From the NCBI RefSeq assembly GCF_004376175.1, contig NZ_SNUY01000042.1:4092-35538 (forward strand): a stretch of 31,447 bases of DNA, read 5' to 3'. Source of the stretch: Halalkalibacterium halodurans. GTDB lineage: Bacteria > Bacillota > Bacilli > Bacillales > Bacillaceae_D. Shown here in pieces: positions 7,564-15,708 of the stretch (its first letter is position 1; every line of letters begins with the position of its first letter). The position numbers were made by a program, and so were the translations under genes. The notes under the pieces were generated by a model. That model worked only from the letters and a program-made list of their open reading frames with translations. It did not search any database and had not been told where the DNA came from.

Positions 7564-8526
7564 ATGATTCCAGTCTATTTGTTTTCTGGCTTTTTAGGAA
7601 GTGGGAAAACGACGGTTTTACTAAACGTATTGAACCAACTAAAAGAAGATGGGCTTAGGCCAGCGATCGTGTTAAATGAAGCAGGCGAAATGAATGTGGA
7701 GAAAGAGCTTTTTGCAAATGAAACTGTAGTGGAACTCCTAAATGGTTGCATTTGTTGTACGATCCAAGATGATTTGAAGGCAGAGCTCCAACGATTTTTA
7801 ACCATTAATGATCGCAGTGTCGATGTTCTACTTATCGAAGGAACGGGTATCGCCAATCCTCGGGAAATCATAGAGGTACTAACAGATCCACCATTTATCG
7901 AACAACTTGCACTCCAATCAGTGATCGGAATCATTGATGCTAGTCGCTATTTGGAATATCGCAGTTTATTTTCAAGCTCAAAAGAAATTCGAGCTGTCTT
8001 AAAAGAGCAAGTGGCTGAAAGCACTTTACTACTTCTAAATAAACAAGATTTAGTGGACGGTCGGACCTTACACAAGGTTGAAGAGAAATTGAAAAAGGAT
8101 AAGAAACCGGGAGCCACCATCTTGTTTTGCTCATACGGGAAAGTACCGACGGAGGAGTTATTAAAGCCACGAATCAAAGTGGATACTGGGAAGGATCATG
8201 CTTATTCCGTTGCAGCCTCTTCCCATGCTAGTCATTCGCACCACCACCATCATCATGATATTCAAGCAATTAAGCTTGATCTTGAACAACCAGTAACCGA
8301 AAAAGAGCTTCAACGATGGTTAATTGACCAAGGGGATCAGCTCATTCGCGCAAAAGGGTATGTTCGCCTGCAAGGGAACGACCTACTCGTCCATTTTCAA
8401 TATGCGTCAAAGCAGCTTTCCGTCCGCAAGAGCAAGGAAGAAGTACCTCCGTGCTTAATCCTAATTGGTGTTGATTTAAATCGAGAAACTTTGGCTAAAT
8501 CGTTGCATACTGTAACGAACGTTTAA
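7564..8526 (+). CDS. COG0523 (CobW/YciC/ZigA-type) metallochaperone GTPase with a His-rich insert
   Basis: 320 aa with the P-loop GFLGSGKTT, the family signature GCICC (CxCC) and the His stretch HASHSHHHHHHD (about nt 8224..8259). A strong SD (GAGAGGAGAG) precedes the ATG. Confidence 0.9.
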   Translation: MIPVYLFSGFLGSGKTTVLLNVLNQLKEDGLRPAIVLNEAGEMNVEKELFANETVVELLNGCICCTIQDDLKAELQRFLTINDRSVDVLLIEGTGIANPREIIEVLTDPPFIEQLALQSVIGIIDASRYLEYRSLFSSSKEIRAVLKEQVAESTLLLLNKQDLVDGRTLHKVEEKLKKDKKPGATILFCSYGKVPTEELLKPRIKVDTGKDHAYSVAASSHASHSHHHHHHDIQAIKLDLEQPVTEKELQRWLIDQGDQLIRAKGYVRLQGNDLLVHFQYASKQLSVRKSKEEVPPCLILIGVDLNRETLAKSLHTVTNV

Positions 8527-8592
8527 CCTTTTACTTGATAGGGAATCAAGAAAGTGGGAACGAGCATGTTAATCGAAAGGGTGTTATATGTC

Positions 8593-9234
8593 ATGAGAGT
8601 ACTTGTCGTTGGTGCAAACGGAAAAGTAGCTCGTTATCTGTTATCAGAGCTGAAAAATAAAGGTCATGAGCCAGTGGCGATGGTGCGAAATGAGGAGCAA
8701 GGGCCTGAATTACGAGAACGGGGGGCCTCTGACATTGTCGTTGCTAATTTGGAAGAGGATTTTAGTCATGCGTTTGCTTCAATCGATGCTGTTGTATTTG
8801 CCGCTGGTTCAGGACCTCATACAGGCGCGGATAAAACAATACTTATTGATTTGTGGGGAGCGATCAAGACGATTCAAGAAGCGGAAAAACGAGGAATCAA
8901 ACGCTTCATCATGGTCAGCTCTGTCGGCACAGTCGATCCTGATCAAGGGCCGATGAACATGCGCCATTATCTTGTCGCTAAACGGCTTGCAGATGATGAG
9001 CTCAAACGTTCCTCTCTTGATTACACAATCGTGCGACCAGGACCTCTTTCGAATGAAGAATCCACAGGAAAGGTAACAGTCTCTCCTCACTTTTCGGAAA
9101 TCACACGTTCAATTACACGTCATGACGTGGCGAAAGTGATCGCAGAGCTAGTGGATCAGCAACATACGATCGGGAAAACGTTTGAGGTGTTGAACGGGGA
9201 CACGCCGATCGCCAAAGTAGTCGAACAGCTGTAA
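8593..9234 (+). CDS. NAD(P)H-binding atypical SDR (YhfK-like)
   Basis: The listed ORF starts at 8554, but family members begin MKVLVVGANG..., so the ATG at 8593 (MRVLVVGANGKVARYL) is preferred. It has a Rossmann GxxGxxG, and the IMVSS...YxxxK and TPIA C-terminal segments resemble B. subtilis YhfK. No terminator separates it from the COG0523 gene. Confidence 0.8.
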   Translation: MRVLVVGANGKVARYLLSELKNKGHEPVAMVRNEEQGPELRERGASDIVVANLEEDFSHAFASIDAVVFAAGSGPHTGADKTILIDLWGAIKTIQEAEKRGIKRFIMVSSVGTVDPDQGPMNMRHYLVAKRLADDELKRSSLDYTIVRPGPLSNEESTGKVTVSPHFSEITRSITRHDVAKVIAELVDQQHTIGKTFEVLNGDTPIAKVVEQL

Positions 9235-9240
9235 GACAAA

Positions 9241-9269
9241 AAACAGCCCTACGTAATGAAGGGCTGTTT
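9241..9269. terminator. Bidirectional terminator between the YhfK-like gene and uppP
   Basis: AAACAGCCCT-ACGTAATGA-AGGGCTGTTT, flanked by an A-run upstream and a T-rich run downstream. Confidence 0.8.
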
Positions 9270-9276
9270 CCTTTTC

Positions 9277-10113
9277 CTATTCAAGATCAATGATCATGTT
9301 GTGGTCAAAGTAGAAGAAAACAAAGATAGCAAGGGCAAAGCAATAAAAAGCAAAGTAAATGAGCTTGCTACGTTTTAAAAAGTCAATCAACCAAATAATT
9401 CCGAGCCATGAAAAGAAGAACGTGACAATAAACGAGATGATAAGGGGTAATCCTCCCACTTGCTCAACCAATGTTCCGTCGAGTAAATCCCCAATCGCTA
9501 ACACCGATGTTCCTAATATGACTGGAATGGACAACAAAAACGAGTAACGGACAGCCGTTTCCTTGTTTAACCCGGAAAATAAAGCGGTGATGAGGGTCGC
9601 TCCAGAACGGGAAATTCCCGGGAAAACAGCAAGCGTTTGGCCAAGACCGACAATGATCGAATCTTTTAACGTCATATCTTTTACTGTTCGATCTTTGTAA
9701 ACGAAGAAGCGCTCAATAATAATGAGAAACGTTCCTGTAATGATTAGGGCACCAGCGATGAACGGAGGTGTCTTCATTTGGGCTCCGACAAGGTCTTCAA
9801 GCAATAAGCCAAGCACACCCGTAATCCCTGTAGCCACGATGATGTAAATCGCAAACATAAATTGAATACGGTTCTCTTCTGATTTGTCTTTAAAATAGCT
9901 GAAAAACCCTACAATCACCTGTAGTAAATCTTTACGAAAATAAAGAATTACGGCTAAAATCGAGGCGATGTGCAAGAAAATTTCAAAGCCAAAGCCAGGG
10001 AACGTATAGTCAAACAAAAACTGAGTAATCACAATATGGGCTGTACTTGAAATAGGCAAAAATTCTGTGATTCCTTGAACAATCCCGATAATAATCGCTT
10101 CAATAATCGACAT
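9277..10113 (-). CDS. uppP: Undecaprenyl-diphosphate phosphatase (BacA/UppP)
   Basis: N-terminal signature IIGIVQGITEFLPISSTAHI and C-terminal PGISRSGATI-type motif (FPGISRSGATLITA). The second ATG (10113) has proper SD spacing (AAAGGA plus 8 nt). The first ATG at 10122 abuts the SD. Confidence 0.95.
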   Translation of the reverse strand: MSIIEAIIIGIVQGITEFLPISSTAHIVITQFLFDYTFPGFGFEIFLHIASILAVILYFRKDLLQVIVGFFSYFKDKSEENRIQFMFAIYIIVATGITGVLGLLLEDLVGAQMKTPPFIAGALIITGTFLIIIERFFVYKDRTVKDMTLKDSIIVGLGQTLAVFPGISRSGATLITALFSGLNKETAVRYSFLLSIPVILGTSVLAIGDLLDGTLVEQVGGLPLIISFIVTFFFSWLGIIWLIDFLKRSKLIYFAFYCFALAIFVFFYFDHNMIIDLE

Positions 10114-10210
10114 ATGTATCATCCTTTTAATCCTTTAGTAGAGACGGTCTTATTCTAGCAAACTTTTACTAATCCTAAAAGTAGCTAGAAAAACTTTCAT
10201 GTCTTTGTCA

Positions 10211-10239
10211 TTGAACTGTAATAAGGATGCGATTATAAT
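10211..10239 (+). promoter_or_regulatory. sigmaA promoter upstream of the ResA-like gene
   Basis: TTGAAC (10211..10216), an exactly 17-nt spacer and a perfect TATAAT (10234..10239). Confidence 0.6.
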
Positions 10240-10277
10240 GTGGGTGACATTTGAGTGGAGTGAAATGAGGGAACGCG

Positions 10278-10811
10278 GTGAATAAAAAACGATTAACGAC
10301 CATCGTTGTCTTAATAGCAGTAGTGGCTAGTGTGATCATCATATTAACGCAAAATAATTTAGAAGTAGGAAACGGAAAAGGGATGCTTGCCGAAGATTTT
10401 ACGCTCCCACTGTATGAAGAATCACAGTCTCGGTCCCTATCCGATTACCGCGGCGATGTGGTCATATTGAATGTTTGGGCGTCATGGTGTGAACCTTGCC
10501 GTAAAGAAATGCCTGCCTTGATGGAATTACAATCAGATTATGAATCGGAGGATGTGTCGATCGTAACCGTTAATATGCAAACATTTGAACGAACGGTGAA
10601 CGATGCAGGAGAATTTATTGAAGAATTAGGGATTACCTTACCGGTTTTTCTCGACGAGGAGGGGGAATTTGCTGATGCTTACCAAGTGCAGCATTTGCCG
10701 ATGACGTATGTATTAGATCGAGAAGGTATTATCCATGAAGTGATTCTAGGGGAAGTGACGTACGAACAACTCGAACAACTCATTGTCCCATTACTTGAAA
10801 AAGCATCATAA
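10278..10811 (+). CDS. Membrane-anchored TlpA/ResA-like thiol-disulfide oxidoreductase
   Basis: 177 aa with an N-terminal TM anchor (LTTIVVLIAVVASVIIILT) and a thioredoxin fold whose active site WASWCEPCRKEMP has the same CEPC as ResA. GTG start after GAGGGAA. Confidence 0.85.
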   Translation: MNKKRLTTIVVLIAVVASVIIILTQNNLEVGNGKGMLAEDFTLPLYEESQSRSLSDYRGDVVILNVWASWCEPCRKEMPALMELQSDYESEDVSIVTVNMQTFERTVNDAGEFIEELGITLPVFLDEEGEFADAYQVQHLPMTYVLDREGIIHEVILGEVTYEQLEQLIVPLLEKAS

Positions 10812-10965
10812 GCGTATGCTCTCTACTTAAAAATGAAGTAGGGGGCTTTTTTTGTATGTAGAAACGAAGGCTTTACAAGTAACTTTAGCAACGGAAAAAG
10901 GTCTGATTATGGAGAAGGGAAGTGTTGGACAGACTAAACGTAGAGAATGCATGGGCGGTGGGAAA

Positions 10966-12036
10966 ATGTATCACGAACGCATTGCCAGCGTCGTTTCCGT
11001 TTTACACGATGATGAGACCATTCAACTTCTAGAGACGACAAGCATGGCAAAAAAAGCAATTTTATACAAAGCTTTCACCCATTCTGCGAAGCCGGGTGAC
11101 GAAATTCTCGTCAATGAAACGGCTACAGTTCTTGCCCTTGGAACAGGAGGAATGGATATTGTGAAAGCGGTGCTGTCAGAAAAGCCAGTGCAACTGAACG
11201 ATCATAATGGTCACATTATGAAAGCGCGATATACTCCGATTCAACACAGCATCTTGTCTGTGGAAGAAGAGAAAAGTCCTTATCATGACTTATTTAGTGA
11301 AACCTTTCATCTTCATGGTCAGCCTGTTTTACTCGGTGAGCTCCATAGTATGGTGCCACTCGCCTATTATGTCAGTCAAGTGCTTCAATCAAATCAAACA
11401 TTCGTTGCCATTTTTGACGATAAGGCGTCATTGCCACTTACGTTAAGCAACCAGCTACGAGAATTATCGAAACAGTCGTCCTTCCATTCTATTACGATCG
11501 GACAGGCATTTGGAGGAGAATATGAAGCGGTAAGTTTGCCGACAGCTTTGCAGTTTGCTGTTTCGAAGCTAAAGGCAGATGTGGTGATGGTGTCTTTAGG
11601 GCCAGGTGTCGTTGGGACAGGGACGAAGTTTGGTTTTAGCGGACTTTGTATGGCTGATTGGGCGAATACGATAGGTGCGCTTGGAGGGACACCTGTTTGG
11701 ATTCCTCGTCTTTCGTTTCAAGATCAGAGGGAGCGACATTACGGTTTAAGTCATCATACGAGAACAGCCTTATTTACATTTACATATGCTAAAAGTTTAT
11801 TGCCGATTCCTCACTTAGCTGAAGAGGGGCGCCAATTCATTCAAGAACAACTCGCCAGCGAACGAAAACTTCCAGTTAACCATGAGATCGTGTTTGCCGA
11901 TCAATCCAGAGAGGATCTCGTAGAAGCTGCACTACGCCTGTCACGATCGGAAATTAAAACGATGGGAAGAGCCTTTTCAGAAGATACCGCTTTCTTTTTA
12001 GCAGTTGCTGAGGCGGTCACCCGCGTCGTGTGTTGA
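10966..12036 (+). CDS. DUF3866-family protein (function unknown)
   Basis: Long, well-behaved ORF with the segments ETATVLALGTGGMDIV and SLGPGVVGTGTKFGFSG. The listed TTG start (10852) lies inside the preceding T-tract. I prefer the ATG at 10966 (MYHERIASVV..., GGTGGG SD). The ATG at 10909 (AAAGG plus 7 nt) is an alternative. The family assignment is from memory. Confidence 0.65.
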   Translation: MYHERIASVVSVLHDDETIQLLETTSMAKKAILYKAFTHSAKPGDEILVNETATVLALGTGGMDIVKAVLSEKPVQLNDHNGHIMKARYTPIQHSILSVEEEKSPYHDLFSETFHLHGQPVLLGELHSMVPLAYYVSQVLQSNQTFVAIFDDKASLPLTLSNQLRELSKQSSFHSITIGQAFGGEYEAVSLPTALQFAVSKLKADVVMVSLGPGVVGTGTKFGFSGLCMADWANTIGALGGTPVWIPRLSFQDQRERHYGLSHHTRTALFTFTYAKSLLPIPHLAEEGRQFIQEQLASERKLPVNHEIVFADQSREDLVEAALRLSRSEIKTMGRAFSEDTAFFLAVAEAVTRVVC

Positions 12037-12158
12037 TGGACAGAGTCACACCATTCTTTTACGGTGTCATATTGCTTGCCCATTTGTTTTAATTTTGCAC
12101 GAATTTCCCATGCTTTCCCTGATAACGCGATGCTTGTTTGCCTAACAACAATATTCAT
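11901..12158 (-). CDS. Candidate small protein (85 aa) overlapping the DUF3866 3' end convergently
   Basis: An ATG at 12158 is preceded by GAGGAAGGAGAGAAAGGG. The first ~43 codons (MNIVVRQTSIALSGKAWEIRAKLKQMGKQYDTVKEWCDSVHQH) lie in the otherwise empty 219-bp spacer and look like an amphipathic helix. The last ~45 codons are antisense to DUF3866 coding sequence and are low-complexity. Confidence 0.3.
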   Translation of the reverse strand: MNIVVRQTSIALSGKAWEIRAKLKQMGKQYDTVKEWCDSVHQHTTRVTASATAKKKAVSSEKALPIVLISDRDRRSAASTRSSLD

Positions 12159-12255
12159 CCCTTTCTCTCCTTCCTCAAACTCTCTGTAAGCTTGCCTAAT
12201 GTGATACACTTTTATGTAAAGGAACAAGGAAATAGTACTGGAGAGGAAGAGAGAC

Positions 12256-12807
12256 ATGTCACAATCGTTTGAAGAAAAAACAATTAAAACAACACCGGTT
12301 TTTTCGGGAAGAATCATTGATCTACAGGTGGATGAAGTCGAATTACCGAACGGAAAAACAAGCACGCGGGAGCTCGTCAAACATCCTGGTGCAGTAGCGG
12401 TCATTCCGGTGACGGAAGACGGGAAGCTCGTTCTCGTTCGTCAATTTCGTAAGGCGTTAGAAAAAGAGATTCTTGAAATCCCAGCAGGCAAGCTAGAAAA
12501 AGGGGAAGATCCCCTTGTGTGTGCTGAGCGCGAGCTAGAAGAGGAGACAGGATATGCGGCTAAACAGCTTACGTTTCTCCGCTCCTTTTATACTTCGCCT
12601 GGCTTTGCTGACGAAATCATTTACCTCTACTTAGCGGAACAGTTAATCGAAGGCGTGGCGCATACAGATGAGGATGAATTTGTCGAGGTGGTAGAAGTGA
12701 CGCTTGATGAGGCGCTTCAATATATAGAGAATGAACGGATTCATGATGCAAAAACAGTTTTTGCGGTGCAATATTTGCAACTTAGAAAGCTGTTGACACA
12801 TGATTAA
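12256..12807 (+). CDS. nudF: ADP-ribose pyrophosphatase (Nudix hydrolase)
   Basis: 183 aa with the Nudix box GKLEKGEDPLVCAERELEEETGY. Its position next to yqxK/endoQ matches B. subtilis. SD GGAGAGGAAGAG. Confidence 0.9.
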   Translation: MSQSFEEKTIKTTPVFSGRIIDLQVDEVELPNGKTSTRELVKHPGAVAVIPVTEDGKLVLVRQFRKALEKEILEIPAGKLEKGEDPLVCAERELEEETGYAAKQLTFLRSFYTSPGFADEIIYLYLAEQLIEGVAHTDEDEFVEVVEVTLDEALQYIENERIHDAKTVFAVQYLQLRKLLTHD

Positions 12808-13975
12808 TGACCATCAATATGTAGCAGATTTGCACATTCATCTCGGCCGAACTGACTCCAACCGTCCAGTTAAAATTACGGCCGCCCGTACGTTGACGCT
12901 CGAAAACATAATCGACTATGCAGGAACAGTAAAGGGGATTGACATCATCGGGGTCATTGACTGTCACGTTCCAGAAGTGCTAGAAGGGTTAAAGCATTCG
13001 ATAGAGAGTGGCGAAGCTTATGAGTTGAAAGGGGGCGGCATTCGTTTCCCTGATGTGACTCTCATTTTAGGGACAGAGATCGAGGTGTATGATGAAGAAA
13101 GTCTCGGTCCGGTCCATGTTCTTGCTTACACCCCGACTTGGAACGCGATGATGGAGTTAAGCAGCTGGATGGGCTCGCGAATGAAAAATCCCACGCTGTC
13201 CTCCCAACGTCTTTATGAAACGAGCATAGTGCTACAGCAAAAAGTAAAGGAGCTCGGAGGACTGTTTATTCCGGCCCATGCTTTTACTCCGTTTAAAGGG
13301 GTTTACGGAAAGGGAGTGAAGCAAAGTATGGGTGAGATTTTTGACCTAGCACTTATTGATGGGATCGAATTAGGGTTAAGTGCCGACACGTCGATGGCCG
13401 ACCAAGTGGAAGAGTTACATCGTTTTCCATTTCTATCAAATTCCGATGCCCACTCCCTTGAAAAGCTGGCGAGAGAATATCAGATTCTTCATCTGTATGA
13501 GCCGTCCTTTCAGGCTTTTCAATCGGCACTTAGAGATAAAGATGAATGTTCCATTGTCGCCAATTATGGCTTAAATCCTTATTTAGGAAAATATTATGAA
13601 ACGACTTGCGCCCAATGCCGGACGCCGATGAAAGGAAGTGCATGTGAGACGTGTGGATCTTCAAAAGTGGTCAAAGGGGTATCTGAACGTCTTACAGAGC
13701 TTGCTACTGCAAGTGAAAACAATGGAAAACAGCGACCGCCATATGTTCATCAAATTCCCCTTGAGTTTATCCCGAAAGTAGGTAAACGAACATTGGTGCG
13801 ATTAAGAGAAGCGTTTGGTACTGATATGGACATTCTCCATCAAGCAACCTTTGAACAGCTGTGTGACGTAATCCCGAACCATATAGCGGAGGCAATCGTG
13901 ATCGCTAGGGAAGGGAAAGCCACCATTAAAAGAGGTGGAGGCGGCCATTACGGTAAAATGATAGGAACAGGATAA
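12800..13975 (+). CDS. Endonuclease Q homologue (YqxK-like; PHP domain plus Cys4 zinc ribbon)
   Basis: 391 aa with an N-terminal PHP-type motif YVADLHIHLGRT, further metal ligands (VIDCH, PAHAFTP, SNSDAHS) and a Cys4 cluster CAQCRTPMKGSACETCGS. The ATG overlaps the nudF stop by 8 nt (ATGATTAA). Confidence 0.8.
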   Translation: MINDHQYVADLHIHLGRTDSNRPVKITAARTLTLENIIDYAGTVKGIDIIGVIDCHVPEVLEGLKHSIESGEAYELKGGGIRFPDVTLILGTEIEVYDEESLGPVHVLAYTPTWNAMMELSSWMGSRMKNPTLSSQRLYETSIVLQQKVKELGGLFIPAHAFTPFKGVYGKGVKQSMGEIFDLALIDGIELGLSADTSMADQVEELHRFPFLSNSDAHSLEKLAREYQILHLYEPSFQAFQSALRDKDECSIVANYGLNPYLGKYYETTCAQCRTPMKGSACETCGSSKVVKGVSERLTELATASENNGKQRPPYVHQIPLEFIPKVGKRTLVRLREAFGTDMDILHQATFEQLCDVIPNHIAEAIVIAREGKATIKRGGGGHYGKMIGTG

Positions 13976-13984
13976 CGAATGCTA

Positions 13985-14013
13985 GTCATAGATTTACCGA
14001 TCAGCACATAGAG
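13985..14013 (+). promoter_or_regulatory. Putative sigmaE-type promoter of spoIIM
   Basis: GTCATAGA (13985..13992), 13 nt, then CATAGAGT (14006..14013), compared with the sigmaE consensus kmATATT-14-CATACAhT. B. subtilis spoIIM is sigmaE-dependent. Confidence 0.4.
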
Positions 14014-14043
14014 TGAATTAAGAGCTGATAGGAGGTCTATGTC

Positions 14044-14697
14044 ATGAGGAAGTACGGCAAAAAATATGGCTTGAAGGAAAGCATGCATCGCCATCTCTAT
14101 GATAATCAAGCAATTTACTTGTTCACGATCGTTCTTTTTCTTGTCGGCATTGTATTTGGGGCGATTGTCGTGAATAGTTTAAGCATTACGCAAAAGCACG
14201 ATCTGTATATGTATTTGCAGCAATTTTTTGGACAAGTATCGGATGGACATATGGCGACTTCAACGGAGATGTTTAAGCAGAGCTTTAGCCATTATGCAAA
14301 ATACTTTGGGCTTATGTGGATTTTAGGCTTATCGATTATTGGACTTCCTGTCATCTTAGTGCTTTTGTTTTTAAAGGGAGTTGTCATTGGCTTTACAGTT
14401 GGTTTCCTCGTAAGTCAAATGGGGATGAACGGCTTTTTTCTATCATTCGTTTCTGTTTTACCGCAAAACTTAATTCTTGTACCCGCTTTTATCATCATAG
14501 GTACCGCTAGTGTCTCTTTTTGTTTAAAGATGATCCGTAATCAGTTTGTAAAGGGGATTAACGAACCGTTTTTTCCACAGTTTTTACAATATTCATTGCT
14601 CATCTTATGCGTTGGAGTAAGCTCGCTCATCGCTTCAGGAATCGAGGCGTATATGTCACCTTTATTAATGAGAATGGTCATCGGCTCTATTTTATAA
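14044..14697 (+). CDS. spoIIM: Stage II sporulation protein M
   Basis: 217 aa with five or so TM segments. Its size, topology and position between yqxK and fur match SpoIIM. SD GGAGG plus 8 nt. Confidence 0.9.
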   Translation: MRKYGKKYGLKESMHRHLYDNQAIYLFTIVLFLVGIVFGAIVVNSLSITQKHDLYMYLQQFFGQVSDGHMATSTEMFKQSFSHYAKYFGLMWILGLSIIGLPVILVLLFLKGVVIGFTVGFLVSQMGMNGFFLSFVSVLPQNLILVPAFIIIGTASVSFCLKMIRNQFVKGINEPFFPQFLQYSLLILCVGVSSLIASGIEAYMSPLLMRMVIGSIL

Positions 14698-14708
14698 TAA
14701 ATATTAAA

Positions 14709-14747
14709 TAATAATAATTATCTGTTGGTAAATAATAATCATTATTA
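14709..14747. promoter_or_regulatory. Two Fur-family 7-1-7 boxes upstream of fur (perfect TAATAAT-C-ATTATTA at 14733..14747; degenerate TAATAAT-A-ATTATCT at 14709..14723)
   Basis: The perfect inverted repeat ends 1 nt before the -35 hexamer of the fur promoter. Each half-site differs by one base from both the PerR box (TTATAAT) and the Fur box (TGATAAT). Confidence 0.55.
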
Positions 14748-14748
14748 A

Positions 14749-14777
14749 TTGACACCTTTTTTCGACAGCCTTATAAT
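14749..14777 (+). promoter_or_regulatory. Consensus sigmaA promoter of fur
   Basis: TTGACA (14749..14754), an exactly 17-nt spacer and TATAAT (14772..14777). Confidence 0.85.
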
Positions 14778-14809
14778 TGAGAAGAGGCATTAGTTGAAGG
14801 AGGGTCACA

Positions 14810-15262
14810 ATGGAAAAACGACTTGATCGAATTAAAAAACAGCTGCACTCTCAAAGCTACAAGCTCACTCCTCAACGAGAGGCAACGGTAAAGGTATTGC
14901 TAGAGCACGAAGAAGATCATTTAAGTGCAGAAGATGTTTACCTCCTTGTGAAAGAAAAGGCACCCGAGATCGGCTTAGCCACTGTTTACCGTACGCTTGA
15001 GCTATTAACGGAATTGAAAGTTGTGGACAAAATCAACTTCGGTGATGGTGTATCCCGATACGATCTTCGCCAAGAAGGGGCAGATCATTTTCATCACCAT
15101 CTCGTTTGTATAGAATGCGGAGCCGTGGATGAAATTCAAGAGGATTTGCTCGGTGATGTGGAAGAAATTGTAGAATCAGAGTGGAATTTTAAAATTAAAG
15201 ACCACCGCTTAACCTTTCACGGCATTTGTCATCGGTGCCAAGGAGATGAATCGAAGGAGTAA
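14810..15262 (+). CDS. fur: Ferric uptake regulator
   Basis: 150 aa, nearly collinear with B. subtilis Fur (RIKKQLHSxSYKLTPQREATVxVLLExEEDHLSAEDVYLLVKEK, HFHHHL, CxxC...CxxC). Confidence 0.95.
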   Translation: MEKRLDRIKKQLHSQSYKLTPQREATVKVLLEHEEDHLSAEDVYLLVKEKAPEIGLATVYRTLELLTELKVVDKINFGDGVSRYDLRQEGADHFHHHLVCIECGAVDEIQEDLLGDVEEIVESEWNFKIKDHRLTFHGICHRCQGDESKE

Positions 15263-15264
15263 TG

Positions 15265-15302
15265 AAAAACCTTTTCAATTGGAACAAATTGAAAAGGTTT
15301 TT
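15265..15302 (+). terminator. Rho-independent terminator of fur
   Basis: AAAAACCTTTTCAATT-GGAACA-AATTGAAAAGGTTTTT, a perfect long stem. Confidence 0.85.
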
Positions 15303-15458
15303 AAGCTTCTTTACGAATGTTCATTGGATGGCTCTCAGCGCAACTATTTTAATCGATGGGATAAGGTAGCTCCTTGTAAATGCGAGGTATAAAATAGACT
15401 CTTTTTGGCATATCTTGTACTAGAAAGAAGGACTGGGTTCCAAAAGGAGTGTTGAAAC

Positions 15459-15686
15459 ATGAGAGACTGGCTTTCTCTCATTGGACAAACAGTGAAGGTT
15501 TTTTTGCTATTTATGGGATGCACACTCCTCTTTTATTATGGTATCCTATGGATAACGGAAGAATATGAAAGTTATCATCGCTATGATGAGCCAAAGGGAA
15601 ATGCAATCAAGGTCATTAGCATGAAAGAGGATGAGTCCGCGAGCTGGCTAGAGCGTTTATTGTTTTTTTACCGTTTCGGTGAATAA
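15459..15686 (+). CDS. Small membrane protein, YqzK/DUF4227-like
   Basis: 75 aa with one TM helix (VKVFLLFMGCTLLFYYGILWI). SD AAAGGAG. It lies between fur and xerD, as yqzK does in B. subtilis. Confidence 0.75.
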   Translation: MRDWLSLIGQTVKVFLLFMGCTLLFYYGILWITEEYESYHRYDEPKGNAIKVISMKEDESASWLERLLFFYRFGE

Positions 15687-15708
15687 CTTGTTCAGAGCCA
15701 GCTCTTTC

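Noticed and set aside
12159-12404. N-terminal extension of the 167-aa minus-strand ORF (11901..12404)
   Set aside because: The upstream part is antisense to the nudF coding sequence and promoter and has no SD. I kept only the internal ATG at 12158, which has a strong SD, as a low-confidence candidate.
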